Of a stretch of DNA of 64,000 nucleotides, positions 1 through 9,826 are shown piece after piece. The notes under the pieces are model-generated. The model made no database searches. It was not told where the DNA came from and saw only the letters and a list, made by a program, of their open reading frames with translations. Both the position numbers and the translations under genes were made by a program. Position 1 is the stretch's first letter. Each line of letters opens with the position of its first letter. This DNA is from an uncultured Bacteroidota bacterium (GTDB taxonomy: Bacteria; Bacteroidota; Bacteroidia; Bacteroidales; GCA-2748055): NCBI GenBank assembly GCA_963713725.1, contig CAVQMZ010000017.1, positions 37,242 to 101,241 on the forward strand, in the 5' to 3' direction.

Positions 1-573
1 CTGATCCATGGGTGCAGCGCTGTTATTCATTTTCCGGATGAGCTTTTTATCCTCGTCCTGCAGCTGTTTCCAGCTATTCCAGGGTTCTTCTCCATTGCCA
101 TCAATCTCCCCTTCTCCGGTGATGGACACATTTTGACAGTGGAAGGCATAGATGAAGGGGGAGTAATTGTAGCAGCGGGTCCCTTCCCAGCTGGTGAGCA
201 CCACGGGCAGGTAGTCAACGGGGTCGCTGCCAAAGAGCAGTTTCGCACCCTTTTCCAGGTGCAGGTTCATATTACTTTTCAAATGAATGGGACCCTTCAC
301 CAGGTAGGTTCCGGGCTTTACCCGGATGCTTCCTCCACCGGCATTGAAACAGCTGTCAATGACTCTGTCAAATACAGCCTTATTGTCAAAAACCCCATCG
401 CCGGTCCCGCCAAAATCCGAAAGGCTAAATTTCCTTTCCGGAATCGCCGGCAGCTGAATCTGTTCCACGATCCGATCCGCCTTTAACCAGGGATCCACCG
501 CCTGTCGCTGGAGGGTCCCCTGGCATCCTGACAAAATCACCAGGAGCGCAAAAAGTATAATCATCCTAATCAT
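1..573 (-). CDS. glycoside hydrolase family 28 (polygalacturonase-like), N-terminal 191 aa; 3' end runs off the window
   Basis: Own translation of the minus strand from ATG 571-573. It gives MIRMIILFALLVILSGCQG (lipoprotein signal), then ...FSLSDFGGTGDGVFDNKAVFDRVIDSCFNAGGGSIRVKPGTYLVKGPIHLKSNMNLHLEKGAKLLF...WEGTRCYNYSPFIYA, a typical GH28 N-terminus. The frame is open to position 1. It is absent from the ORF track because it has no stop. Confidence 0.85.
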   Translation of the reverse strand, partial: MIRMIILFALLVILSGCQGTLQRQAVDPWLKADRIVEQIQLPAIPERKFSLSDFGGTGDGVFDNKAVFDRVIDSCFNAGGGSIRVKPGTYLVKGPIHLKSNMNLHLEKGAKLLFGSDPVDYLPVVLTSWEGTRCYNYSPFIYAFHCQNVSITGEGEIDGNGEEPWNSWKQLQDEDKKLIRKMNNSAAPMDQ

Positions 574-622
574 ATAAGAAAAAAGCTTAAGTAAAAGAAA
601 CTGCCTCAACCACAAAGCAAAG

Positions 623-630
623 CAAATATA
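623..630 (-). promoter_or_regulatory. candidate Bacteroidota -7 promoter box (TATATTTG) for the GH28 gene
   Basis: Plus-strand CAAATATA equals minus-strand TATATTTG, which fits the TAnnTTTG -7 consensus. It lies about 50 nt upstream of ATG 573. The same octamer occurs in the same geometry at 2649-2656. Confidence 0.4.
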
Positions 631-658
631 GGACAAATTTCCCTCTCCTCAAATAAAA

Positions 659-681
659 TGTGTGTGCGGTCACACCATTTG
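659..681. promoter_or_regulatory. inverted-repeat box TGTGTGTGCGGTCACAC(CATTTG), candidate LacI-family operator
   Basis: GTGTG-CGGT-CACAC inverted repeat in the divergent region between GH28 (573, minus) and the LacI-family gene (761, plus). The 17-nt core matches 2686-2702 except for the central base. Confidence 0.5.
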
Positions 682-760
682 TAAAGTCAGAGTTTTTGAC
701 TAATTTAGCCCTTATAAAATAACCCAAAATACAACAGAGGAGAAAAACCAAATACAGTTA

Positions 761-1831
761 ATGACACAGGAAAACGGGAATCATATCAGGATCAAGGACA
801 TTGCCGCACAGGCAGGCTGCTCCATCGGGACAGTCGACCGTGTGATCCACAAGCGCGGCAAAGTCTCTGCGGACGTGGAAATGCGGATCCTGAAGATTAT
901 GAAGGAGCTGAAATACAAGCCCGACCTCAGTGCCCGGGCCCTGGCCAGCAAAAGATCCCTGACCCTTGGAATCCTTCTCCCTTCCTACCGCAAGGGAGAA
1001 TTCTGGGAGCTCCCGAACCTGGGAATCATGGAGGCCATAGAACATTACAGCGAACAAGGTTTTGAGATTCATGCTATACAGCATAAGTACTCAAACCGGG
1101 ACCAGTTTTACCGTGAGGGTATGAAAATGACCATCGAAGATAATGACGGCATTATCCTGAGCCCTTCTTCCTACAGGGAAAGTGTCATGCTGGCACGCTC
1201 CTACTTTCAACACAACAAACCCTTCATTCTTATAGACTCGGATATCGAAGGCATTCCCTCCCTCTCTTTCATCGGGAAAAACCCGGTTCAGTCGGGACAA
1301 ACGGTTGCAGGGCTCATCCACCAGGTTTCCAGGCATATCCCGGGAAGGAAAAAGGTGTGGACCCTGAATGTCAGCAAGAACCTTAGCCAGATGTATGCCC
1401 TGCTGGCCAGGGAAAGTGGCTTTATGAGCTATTTTGCTGACAAAGAACTTCAAAACGAATACAGTTTCAGAACCTTTGAAATGGAAGACAATGCGAGCCA
1501 GAAGGAGATAGACCGCCAGCTGGCAGAACTTTTCAAGAAGGAGGTCCCCCATGCCATCTATGTGACCAGCTCGAGGGTCCACAAGATTGCCGCAGCCCTC
1601 ATAAGACTGAAACCCGAAAGAAAACCCCTTCTCATCGGGCATGACCTGATTGAAGCCAACAGGGCAAGGGTTGAAGATGAATCCATCGACTTCCTCATTG
1701 AGGAGGAGGGCCGCCGGCAGGGGGCCCTGGCAGTAAAGTCCATGGTCAGGCATATTATCTACAAGGAAAAGCCTGAGAACAAACAAATGATGAACCTGAT
1801 GATTTATACCCGGGAGAATCTCCCGCAGTAA
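761..1831 (+). CDS. LacI family transcriptional regulator
   Basis: 356-aa ORF. N-terminal HTH IKDIAAQAGCSIGTVDRVIHKRGKVS (LacI/GalR type) followed by a periplasmic-binding-protein-like sugar-binding core. Confidence 0.9.
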   Translation: MTQENGNHIRIKDIAAQAGCSIGTVDRVIHKRGKVSADVEMRILKIMKELKYKPDLSARALASKRSLTLGILLPSYRKGEFWELPNLGIMEAIEHYSEQGFEIHAIQHKYSNRDQFYREGMKMTIEDNDGIILSPSSYRESVMLARSYFQHNKPFILIDSDIEGIPSLSFIGKNPVQSGQTVAGLIHQVSRHIPGRKKVWTLNVSKNLSQMYALLARESGFMSYFADKELQNEYSFRTFEMEDNASQKEIDRQLAELFKKEVPHAIYVTSSRVHKIAAALIRLKPERKPLLIGHDLIEANRARVEDESIDFLIEEEGRRQGALAVKSMVRHIIYKEKPENKQMMNLMIYTRENLPQ

Positions 1832-1857
1832 GCGCAGTTCGTTAGAGGCGCAGTTCG

Positions 1858-2592
1858 CTACAGGCGCTTTAATTCAGAAGCCGCATCCCTGTCCAGGTAA
1901 AGACAGACCGCTTCCCGCCCGGAAAGGATTGAAGCGGGCACTTCGGGGGTAATCTCACCCTCAACAGCAGCTTTCACCGCACTCGCTTTCCGCTTCTCAT
2001 TTACTGTACAGATGATGAAATTTGATTTCATGATCTGAAAAACCGACATGGAGATTGCAGTCAAAGGAACATCCTCCAGAGTGGGAAACCAGCCCTCACC
2101 CAGCTGCTGCCTGCGGCAGGCCTCGTCCAGCTCTACCACCAGGTAGGGCACTTCAGTTTCAAAATTGGCAGGGGGATCATTAAAGGCCAGGTGGGCATTC
2201 TCTCCTATGCCGATAAAAGCGACATCAATCGGGTGTTCATCGATCAGCTTACCAAGACGAACACATTCAGCTTCCGGATTTTCCTCGGCATTGATATAAT
2301 GAAAGTCCTCGAGCCCAACCCTGTCCACAAAGCGCTCCTTCAGGTATTTCCGGAACGAAGCAGGATGATCATCAGATAATCCGATATACTCATCCAGGTG
2401 GAAGGCTGTCACTTTTGACCAGTCAATCCTGGAACTGACAAGCTCATTCAGCATTTCAAACTGTGAGGAACCCGTGGCCACAATAATATTGGCGTGCCCT
2501 TTTTCACGAATGGCTTCATTAATCAGCCTTGCACCCTGCCAGGCAGCCTGCTTACCCGCCTCTGTTTTGTCATCGTGTACAGAAATTCTCAT
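1858..2592 (-). CDS. glucosamine-6-phosphate deaminase / 6-phosphogluconolactonase family protein
   Basis: 244-aa ORF with motifs [15 protein letters not shown] and [14 protein letters not shown] of the NagB/Pgl sugar-phosphate isomerase family. Confidence 0.8.
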   Translation of the reverse strand: MRISVHDDKTEAGKQAAWQGARLINEAIREKGHANIIVATGSSQFEMLNELVSSRIDWSKVTAFHLDEYIGLSDDHPASFRKYLKERFVDRVGLEDFHYINAEENPEAECVRLGKLIDEHPIDVAFIGIGENAHLAFNDPPANFETEVPYLVVELDEACRRQQLGEGWFPTLEDVPLTAISMSVFQIMKSNFIICTVNEKRKASAVKAAVEGEITPEVPASILSGREAVCLYLDRDAASELKRL

Positions 2593-2648
2593 TTTGCCTT
2601 ATACCTTGTTTTACAATTATTTACAGAACATATTTCCAGTAATGCATA

Positions 2649-2656
2649 CAAATATA
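2649..2656 (-). promoter_or_regulatory. candidate -7 promoter box (TATATTTG) for the 1858-2592 gene
   Basis: Plus-strand CAAATATA about 57 nt upstream of ATG 2592. The inverted-repeat box lies 32 nt further upstream, the same spacing as at 623-630/661-675. Confidence 0.4.
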
Positions 2657-2685
2657 TGGCTATTTTTGTTGCTTACCAAAAGAAT

Positions 2686-2708
2686 TGTGTGTGCGGACAC
2701 ACTGTTTG
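2686..2708. promoter_or_regulatory. inverted-repeat box TGTGTGTGCGGACACAC(TGTTTG), second copy of the candidate LacI-family operator
   Basis: 20 of 23 nt identical to 659-681. Sits between the stop of 2730-4016 and the start of 1858-2592. Confidence 0.5.
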
Positions 2709-2729
2709 CAATCAAGGGTGTGAATTAAC

Positions 2730-4016
2730 TCAATGCAGCAAGATGTGCTTTTGAATGTAGGCGGGATCGATTTCCACTCCTGAACCGGGACCGGTAGGGA
2801 CATGTACCTTCCCTCCTTCACTTTCCAGCGCGGAAGTGGGACACTCCATGGGAAGGTTCCGGTTAAAACCCTTAAACTCATGGTAGGGGCCTGCATTTGG
2901 AAGGGCCGACACAAAATGCATCATGTAGAGGAAGCCCAGCCCGGATCCGGAGATGTGAGGCACACAGCTTTTACCGGCGGCCTCAGCCATTCGGGCGACC
3001 CTCATGGAACGGATCATACCCCCGAAGTAAAAGATATCCGGTTGCACAATGTCCAGGGCATTATTTCCTAAAAGCCAGCGAAAGTTGCGCATGCTGGGTT
3101 CCTGCTCTCCTCCTGCGATGGGAATATTCAGCGCATCGGCCACCTGACGCGTTTCCTCATACCAGTCAAAGGGAACCGGTTCTTCGTAAAAGTCAATTTT
3201 ATACTCCTCCAGTATACGCCCGATACGTATGGCCTCGACCACATCATAGGAGCCATTTGAATCGGCGTAAATCACCATTTCATCCCCGAAACTTTTCCTG
3301 ACCAGCGGAATCAGGGCCTCGGTTCGGCCCGCAGGGTAGTCCGCATTTTTACTCATGCGTCCCCCCAGCTTAATCTTCAGGGCCTTTGCCTGGCTTTTTT
3401 CCACATCTCTGCGGATCTCTTCCAGCGATTCCTCAGCCGTTTTGCCCCTGTAATTATTTGCCTGGTATACATTAATATCCGGGTGGTGAATGGTCCCTAT
3501 TAGCTCTCCCATGGACTTTCCTGCAATTCTGCCCAGCATATCGAGCAGGGCAAACTCAATGGTGGCAAGCGGAACCCACAGGGCCAGGCTCTGCAACTTG
3601 TAATTGCTCCTGTAGACATAAACCTCCTCAAGAAGCTGCTCAAGGTCCCTGGCATCCCTGCCAATGAAAAATGGCTGCAGGCGCTCCACAAAAATGGGCC
3701 ACAGGGAAAGCATCTGCATATTATTTGCCACCGAGATACCCTCAGCCCCGTCCCCGGAAACCACCCTGCACAGGAAATTATCCTCATGGCGCAGGAGTTC
3801 CAGCTTTTCGATCTTCACAGGATCGGGAAAAAGTTCCCTTTTCAGTACCGGCCTGGCATGGGCCTCATCAAGTTTTGAATAGTTAAGGGATGAATGATCA
3901 GGAGAAGTGGGAGCACAACTTTGAAGTATAAGTCCGCTTCCCAGGGCCCCTGCTGCTGTAGTTTTCAAAAATCTACGTCTGTTTGCTTTCATGATCCATG
4001 TTTTGTTAGAGCTCAT
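2730..4016 (-). CDS. enolase-superfamily (mandelate racemase/muconate lactonizing enzyme family) protein with twin-arginine signal
   Basis: 428-aa ORF. It has RRRFLKTTAAGALGSG (TAT-type signal) plus KIKLGG, YADSNG, EEPV, GGEQE and DIVQPD segments typical of the MR/MLE barrel. The true start may be the internal MKANRRRF. Confidence 0.8.
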   Translation of the reverse strand: MSSNKTWIMKANRRRFLKTTAAGALGSGLILQSCAPTSPDHSSLNYSKLDEAHARPVLKRELFPDPVKIEKLELLRHEDNFLCRVVSGDGAEGISVANNMQMLSLWPIFVERLQPFFIGRDARDLEQLLEEVYVYRSNYKLQSLALWVPLATIEFALLDMLGRIAGKSMGELIGTIHHPDINVYQANNYRGKTAEESLEEIRRDVEKSQAKALKIKLGGRMSKNADYPAGRTEALIPLVRKSFGDEMVIYADSNGSYDVVEAIRIGRILEEYKIDFYEEPVPFDWYEETRQVADALNIPIAGGEQEPSMRNFRWLLGNNALDIVQPDIFYFGGMIRSMRVARMAEAAGKSCVPHISGSGLGFLYMMHFVSALPNAGPYHEFKGFNRNLPMECPTSALESEGGKVHVPTGPGSGVEIDPAYIQKHILLH

Positions 4017-4639
4017 TTGCTCTGTCCTGCAATAATATCCTTGCTTTTTGTCAGATTTAAGCCATATTCCTTTATGCTTATTCCATTGTTGCTTAATCTT
4101 TCCACATGAATCCAGGCCATCATGTCATCAAGTTTAAGTCCCCAGTAGGTATCATCAAAGCTAATAAAGGGAGTCTTGCATCCATCTTCCAATACAGCCG
4201 TGACAAAATCATTTGACCACAAATCAGCCTTTGAAACGATTTCATCTGCATTATATTTTCTGATCCAAAAATTGGCAAGGGTATCAACACTGATAAATGC
4301 CCCTGGATTTAGTGGAATTACCTTAAGGTCCTTAATATGAAAAATACCACAATGACCGCAATATTCATTAAGCTCCTGCTCATAATGCCGAAGTTCTATT
4401 CTGAAATCAATACTGGAGTTTCCATCCAGGTCAAGCTCAAAAAACACCAGTGAATCATTGGGCAGGGGCAGCGGATCGCAGAAAGGATTCGGAGTGACAT
4501 AATAATCCCTGATCGTATTCATTTCAATATCAGGCTGAATGTCGGTATAGGCAATTTCATCCCCGGGTACAGACGCTTGCTTCTCACACGAAAAGCTGAA
4601 AAGGCCAAACAATAAAAATACCAGGCCAGGTTTTTTCAT
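4013..4639 (-). CDS. hypothetical lipoprotein
   Basis: ORF 4013-4660. The preferred start is MKKPGLVFLLFGLFSFSC (lipobox) at 4639. No family recognised. Confidence 0.55.
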   Translation of the reverse strand: MKKPGLVFLLFGLFSFSCEKQASVPGDEIAYTDIQPDIEMNTIRDYYVTPNPFCDPLPLPNDSLVFFELDLDGNSSIDFRIELRHYEQELNEYCGHCGIFHIKDLKVIPLNPGAFISVDTLANFWIRKYNADEIVSKADLWSNDFVTAVLEDGCKTPFISFDDTYWGLKLDDMMAWIHVERLSNNGISIKEYGLNLTKSKDIIAGQSK

Positions 4640-4652
4640 AAGCAGCCCTAAC

Positions 4653-6344
4653 TTACTCATTTTTCAGTTTTTTTTCAAAATACAGATTCCTGACCCTTCC
4701 ACTGGAAACCCTCATTCCGGATATTGAGTTTTCCCTGTTTCGCTCAAAACTGATCTGGCTGAAAAACCATTGATTCCCTGAAAATTCATCCTTTTTAACC
4801 GGGCTGATTTCAATGTCGCTCAGTCTTGAATGCTTTGCCACCAGCAGTTCATCCTTCACAAAAATTTCATAGGCTGTGCTCAGCTCTTCACTGTAGAAAA
4901 TACCAGTGTATTCTTCCAGTTCCCGAGCAGAATATGTAGCTGGCGTATAGGCTTCATGAATAATTGTATCGGTATTCTCAATTGTCACAATCATGGACTT
5001 CTGACCGCCCTCAATCCTGAAGGCAATTTTCACATCAGCCCCAATGTTCAGCATCTGGAAAGTATTTTCATTGATGGGAGCCAGGAGGGTCTCATCCTTC
5101 CCTCCTCTTGAATAAATCAGGGTATCATTTTTCAGGAAGATTTTTCTTGAGTAAGCTCCCTCCTCATTCCAGTAGAATCCTGTAAATTCTTCAAGAATTT
5201 CGGCTGACAATTCTATAAATGTGGCCTCCTCTCTTTCTCCCACCGCCGGAGATTCGGCCACTTCATCTTCCAGAAAAATATCAGCGACACTTAAAGCCAG
5301 GGCTATGGGGTTTGAGCCTCCATAATTACTGAATACAGAAACGGCAATCCCCTGATCCGGGAAGCGCCCCAGGTAGGATCGGAACCCTGCATCACCTCCT
5401 GAATGTTGTATTTGCCTTTTCCCCTTATACTCATTAAAAAACTGACCGTAAGCTCCCCCAAAAGTTTCGCCATTATTCAATCTGGCAAGGGTATTCATTT
5501 GTTCCATGATACTGCTGTTTCCTACCTCTGCTTCCTGAAAATTCATTGCCCAGAGGGATAAATCTTCTACTGTGGTAAACAGGCTGGTCGCTCCAACATT
5601 GGCATAGCTTAACACACTTTTCTTAAAAGTCCCATCATTTGCGTAATAGGAATATGCCCTGTTTTTTACGATTTTCTCATGATCGTCATAGAATAGGGTA
5701 TTTGACATTCCCAGGGGATCGAAAATTCTCTCCCTGGTAAATTCTGCAAATGTTTGTCCAGACACCCTCGAAACCACCTCGGCCAACAGGGTAAAGCCCG
5801 TGTTACAATAAACATATTCTTCACCTGGCTCAAAATTCAACTCCTTCTGCGCGGCAACCAGCTTAAGTACCTGCTCTTTGGTGATCACGTCATCAAGTCG
5901 CCAACCAGCCATCGCCAGTAAGTTCCATTGATCCCTCAATCCACTTGTATGGGAAGCCAGGTGCCTTAATGTGATGGTTTTTCCAAAATCAGGCACTTCG
6001 GGGATGTACTTTCTGATATCATCATCGAAGGCTAATTTCCCATCTTCGGCCAGCAGCAGAACCGAGAAGGCGGTAAACTGTTTGGATACGGAAGCAATGT
6101 GAAATATTGTGGAAGTAGTAACAGGGATATCATATTCAAGGTTTGCAGCTCCATAACCCTTTTTAAATACAATTTTTCCATCTTTTACTACGGCTACCGC
6201 AGCTCCTGGCTTGTTTATGTCGTCATACTCTGAGAAGACCCTGTCAACAGCATCTTCATAGTCGCCCGAAGCGTTCCTGAGGTTTGGTCCACATCCATTT
6301 GCGATAGCCAGGATAAGTGAAAGGACTACAAGGGATTTTTTCAT
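4653..6344 (-). CDS. serine hydrolase (class C beta-lactamase/PBP-like family)
   Basis: 563-aa ORF with signal peptide, S-x-x-K motif (ASVSKQF), Y-x-N (YCNTG) and a C-terminal extension. Confidence 0.85.
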   Translation of the reverse strand: MKKSLVVLSLILAIANGCGPNLRNASGDYEDAVDRVFSEYDDINKPGAAVAVVKDGKIVFKKGYGAANLEYDIPVTTSTIFHIASVSKQFTAFSVLLLAEDGKLAFDDDIRKYIPEVPDFGKTITLRHLASHTSGLRDQWNLLAMAGWRLDDVITKEQVLKLVAAQKELNFEPGEEYVYCNTGFTLLAEVVSRVSGQTFAEFTRERIFDPLGMSNTLFYDDHEKIVKNRAYSYYANDGTFKKSVLSYANVGATSLFTTVEDLSLWAMNFQEAEVGNSSIMEQMNTLARLNNGETFGGAYGQFFNEYKGKRQIQHSGGDAGFRSYLGRFPDQGIAVSVFSNYGGSNPIALALSVADIFLEDEVAESPAVGEREEATFIELSAEILEEFTGFYWNEEGAYSRKIFLKNDTLIYSRGGKDETLLAPINENTFQMLNIGADVKIAFRIEGGQKSMIVTIENTDTIIHEAYTPATYSARELEEYTGIFYSEELSTAYEIFVKDELLVAKHSRLSDIEISPVKKDEFSGNQWFFSQISFERNRENSISGMRVSSGRVRNLYFEKKLKNE

Positions 6345-6453
6345 GATTAGGGTTTTAAGTCAATGAAAAGTAATAAAAATAAGCTTAGCCGGACCAATAA
6401 AAAATTGGGGCTTGCCTGATAAAAAGTCTGCGATAAATAGTAGATTAGTGCGC

Positions 6454-7962
6454 ATGCAACGAAAGTACATCGGCTTCTTCCTGGGGATCGCTGCATTCCT
6501 GTCCATCATCCTCTTTGCGAACCTTGAGCCGGGAAAGCCCCAGGTCACTGCCACCCTTGCTGTGGCGGCCCTGATGGCCATATGGTGGGTCACAGAAACC
6601 ATACCCCTGGCAGTCACCGCCCTGGTTCCCGTGGTCCTCTTTCCGGCCCTGGGTATTATCGATGGAAAGGCCGTCTCCGAAGTATATATGAACCACATCA
6701 TCTTTGTCTACGTGGGTGGTTTTATGATGGCCCTGGCCATGGAGAAATGGAACCTCCACCGAAGGATCGCGCTTAAATTACTGCTGCTCATTGGGGTAAG
6801 TCCGGGACGCATTCTCATTGGCTTTATGGCCACCTCTGCCTTCCTTTCCATGTGGATCTCCAACACAGCCACCACCATGATGATGATTCCCATTGTGCTC
6901 TCTGTGGTGATGAGCCTGGAGGACACCCTTTCTGCAAAAACCATTTCCAGGTATGCCACCGGGCTTTTCCTGGCCATTGCCTACAGTGCATCCATCGGTG
7001 GAATGTCAACCCTGGTGGGTTCACCCACCAACCTGGTTTGCCCGCGTATCCTCACCCTGCTCTATCCGGGAGCGCCGGATATCTCATTTACAAGCTGGAT
7101 GGCCTTCGCCCTGCCCATTTCTGCAGTCATGCTTGTGGCCGTTTTTGTGGTCATCTACCTGCTCTTTCGTCCCCGTGAAAAATGGGATCAGGTGGACCAT
7201 GCCCATTTCAAAAAGGCCTATGCTGCCCTGGGAAAAGCAAGCCGGGAAGAGCGCATCGTCTTTATCCTTTTCCTGGCCCTGGCCATACTCTGGATAACCC
7301 GAACAGGAATCTCCTTCAGTCGCTTTTCAATCCCGGGATGGGCCACCCTCTTTAAAACACCGGCCTATATCAATGACGGTACGGTCGCCATATTCTTCTC
7401 CCTCCTACTCTTCATTGTGCCCTCCCCAAGCCAGAAAGGGAAACGGATTATGGACTGGGAAACAGCCAGAAGGATCCCCTGGAACATTGTCCTGCTTTTC
7501 GGAGGCGGCTTTGCCCTTGCCCTGGGCTTTCAGGCATCCGGACTGGCGCTCTGGTTTGGCGAGCAGCTGATGTGGACCAGTGGAGTTCACCCCATGCTCA
7601 TTCTGCTGGCCGTGGTGGCCCTTATGTCCTTCCTCACGGAACTTACATCCAACGTGGCCTCCACCCAGATGTTACTTCCCGTTTTTGCCAGCCTGGCCAT
7701 CAGCAGCGGGAACAACCCGCTTTTTATTATGATCCCCGCGACCCTGGCCTCCTCCCTGGCCTTTATGCTGCCCACGGCCACACCACCCAATGCCATCATC
7801 TTCGGCACCAACCGCATCCAGATTTCCACCATGGTCCGTACCGGTTTTGTCCTGAACATTATCGGAATACTGGTGGTGGTCCTTTTCACCTGGCTGCTGG
7901 GTGAGCGTGTACTGGACATCGAGCTGGGCGTAATTCCCGAGTGGGCTATTATTAATAAATAA
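6454..7962 (+). CDS. DASS/SLC13 family anion:sodium symporter
   Basis: Polytopic membrane ORF with SNTATT and TATPPNAI signature hairpins. The ORF track starts at TTG 6412; the first ATG (MQRKYIGFF) is at 6454. Confidence 0.85.
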   Translation: MQRKYIGFFLGIAAFLSIILFANLEPGKPQVTATLAVAALMAIWWVTETIPLAVTALVPVVLFPALGIIDGKAVSEVYMNHIIFVYVGGFMMALAMEKWNLHRRIALKLLLLIGVSPGRILIGFMATSAFLSMWISNTATTMMMIPIVLSVVMSLEDTLSAKTISRYATGLFLAIAYSASIGGMSTLVGSPTNLVCPRILTLLYPGAPDISFTSWMAFALPISAVMLVAVFVVIYLLFRPREKWDQVDHAHFKKAYAALGKASREERIVFILFLALAILWITRTGISFSRFSIPGWATLFKTPAYINDGTVAIFFSLLLFIVPSPSQKGKRIMDWETARRIPWNIVLLFGGGFALALGFQASGLALWFGEQLMWTSGVHPMLILLAVVALMSFLTELTSNVASTQMLLPVFASLAISSGNNPLFIMIPATLASSLAFMLPTATPPNAIIFGTNRIQISTMVRTGFVLNIIGILVVVLFTWLLGERVLDIELGVIPEWAIINK

Positions 7963-7974
7963 GCTAAAGAACTA

Positions 7975-8923
7975 ATGAAAAAAACTGCTTTTTTACTCAC
8001 CCTGCTTTTGACCCTTCTCGGCTCCACATTCTACAACTTTTCAATGGCCCTGGACCATCCGGAAAAGAAGGCTGAAAAAGCTTCTAAAATCAAGGTTTTG
8101 ATTGTGGATGGCTTCAGCAATCACGACTGGAAGGAAACCACCAGGGTAGTTTTGGATATTCTTGATGAAACAGCTTCTTTCTCTGCGGCAGTCTCCACCT
8201 CCCCTCCCACCATGGAGTCGGAAGGGTGGGACACATGGCGTCCACCGTTTTCTGACTACGATGTGGTTATTCAGAATTGCAACAGCATAGGAGGAGGCCC
8301 CACCTGGCCCCGCGAGGTAGAGGAGGATCTGGAAAGCTATGTAACAAAAGGGAGGCGGACTTTACATTCTTCATTCCGCCAACAACGCCTTTCCCCATTG
8401 GGCAGCCTATGACCAGATGATCGGACTGGGATGGAGAAAGGCAGATGAGGGCTGGGCCCTGACCATTAATGCGGACGGAACTGTGAATCGCATTCCCCCG
8501 GGGGAAGGTGAGAGAACTTACCACGGACCGCGGGTTGATGCCGTCATCCAAACGCTCGGCTCCCACCCCATCCACAAAAATTTCCCCAAGAAATGGCTGA
8601 CCCCCAACCTGGAAGTATATAAATATGCAAGGGGACCTGCCGGGAATCTGACGGTGCTCTCCTTCAGTAAGGATGAGGAAACACAAAAAAACTGGCCCAC
8701 CGAATGGGTCATCAGCTATGGAAAGGGATCAGTATATAACTCCACTTTTGGTCATGTTTGGAAAGGAGAAGAATACCCCGAAACCATGCGCTGTGTGGGC
8801 ATTCAGACTACCCTGATCCGCGCCCTGGAGTGGCTGGCCACAGGCAAGGTGAATTTCCCCCTTCCGGAGCCCTTCCCCTCGGAAACAGAATTTGTGATTA
8901 AACCTTTAAAAGCAAACAAATAA
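7975..8923 (+). pseudogene. ThuA-domain protein, split by one frameshift near 8345-8352 (or an indel error)
   Basis: ORFs 7975-8412 and 8417-8923. Re-reading 8350-8430 in the second frame gives GGGLYILHSANNAFPHWAAYDQMIGLGWR, which continues the first ORF seamlessly. The break sits at the run acaaaaggg. Confidence 0.75.
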
Positions 8924-8940
8924 AAGTTTAAAAAGATCAA

Positions 8941-9816
8941 ATGAAGAATATTCTCATCACCGGGGCCAGTGGCAACATCGGGAAGGAGGTCATTCGTGGA
9001 TTACATGAAATTGGCAGCTCTCACAAGATCTTTGCAGCCGATCGTAATAGCTTAAAATCCAAAAACATCCTGGGTGAATTCCCTGGCCTGGAATACAGGA
9101 AACTGGATTTTGCCGATCCCGGCAGCTTTGACGCCGCCCTGCAGGATATTGATCTTGTTTTCCTGCTGCGTCCACCCCAACTGGCCGATGTTTCTAAATA
9201 TTTCCAACCCTTTGTGGATGCCATGATGACCAAAAATATAGGTGAGATGGTCTTCCTTTCGGTCCAGGGTGTTGAAAACCAGAAAGGAATTCCACATCAC
9301 AAGATTGAACAACTCATTCTGGATAAGAAGCTCGACCATGTTTTTCTAAGGCCCTCCTATTTCATGCAAAACCTCACCACTACCCTTGTCCGTGAAATCA
9401 AAGAGGAGAACAAGATATTTATCCCTTCCGGAAAGCTGAAATTTACCTGGGTGGATGCCCGTGACATTGGCCTGGTGGGAGCCCATGTCCTTAACAACTT
9501 TGAAGAATACCGGATGCAGGCATTGGTGATTACAGGATCGGAACAAAAAGATTTTGGCGAGGTGGCCTCCATGCTTAACTCGGTCACCGGGCGAAGTATC
9601 AGATACGAAAGTCCGAACCTGATGAAATTTTTCAGGGTCAAGCGCAAAGAAGGCATGCAGAAAATGATGATTTTTGTAATGATCATGCTGCATTACCTGC
9701 CCCGCCTCTCCAAAAAGAAAAATGAGCTCACCGATACCGTAAAACTTATTTGCGGCAGGGAACCCGGTACACTTGAAGCTTTTATGGAAAGAGAAAAAAC
9801 GAAGTTTGAGCCTTAA
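8941..9816 (+). CDS. NmrA-family NAD(P)-binding oxidoreductase
   Basis: 291-aa ORF with N-terminal Rossmann motif ILITGASGNIGKEV. Confidence 0.8.
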   Translation: MKNILITGASGNIGKEVIRGLHEIGSSHKIFAADRNSLKSKNILGEFPGLEYRKLDFADPGSFDAALQDIDLVFLLRPPQLADVSKYFQPFVDAMMTKNIGEMVFLSVQGVENQKGIPHHKIEQLILDKKLDHVFLRPSYFMQNLTTTLVREIKEENKIFIPSGKLKFTWVDARDIGLVGAHVLNNFEEYRMQALVITGSEQKDFGEVASMLNSVTGRSIRYESPNLMKFFRVKRKEGMQKMMIFVMIMLHYLPRLSKKKNELTDTVKLICGREPGTLEAFMEREKTKFEP

Positions 9817-9826
9817 AACACCATGC

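Noticed and set aside
1832-1866. A 16-nt tandem duplication (A/G)GCGCAGTTCG(T/C)TA(G/C) x2.3 between the convergent LacI-family and NagB-like genes
   Set aside because: It is real in the sequence but short, partly overlaps the 3' coding end of 1858-2592, forms no convincing hairpin and occurs only once in the window. There is not enough to assign a function.
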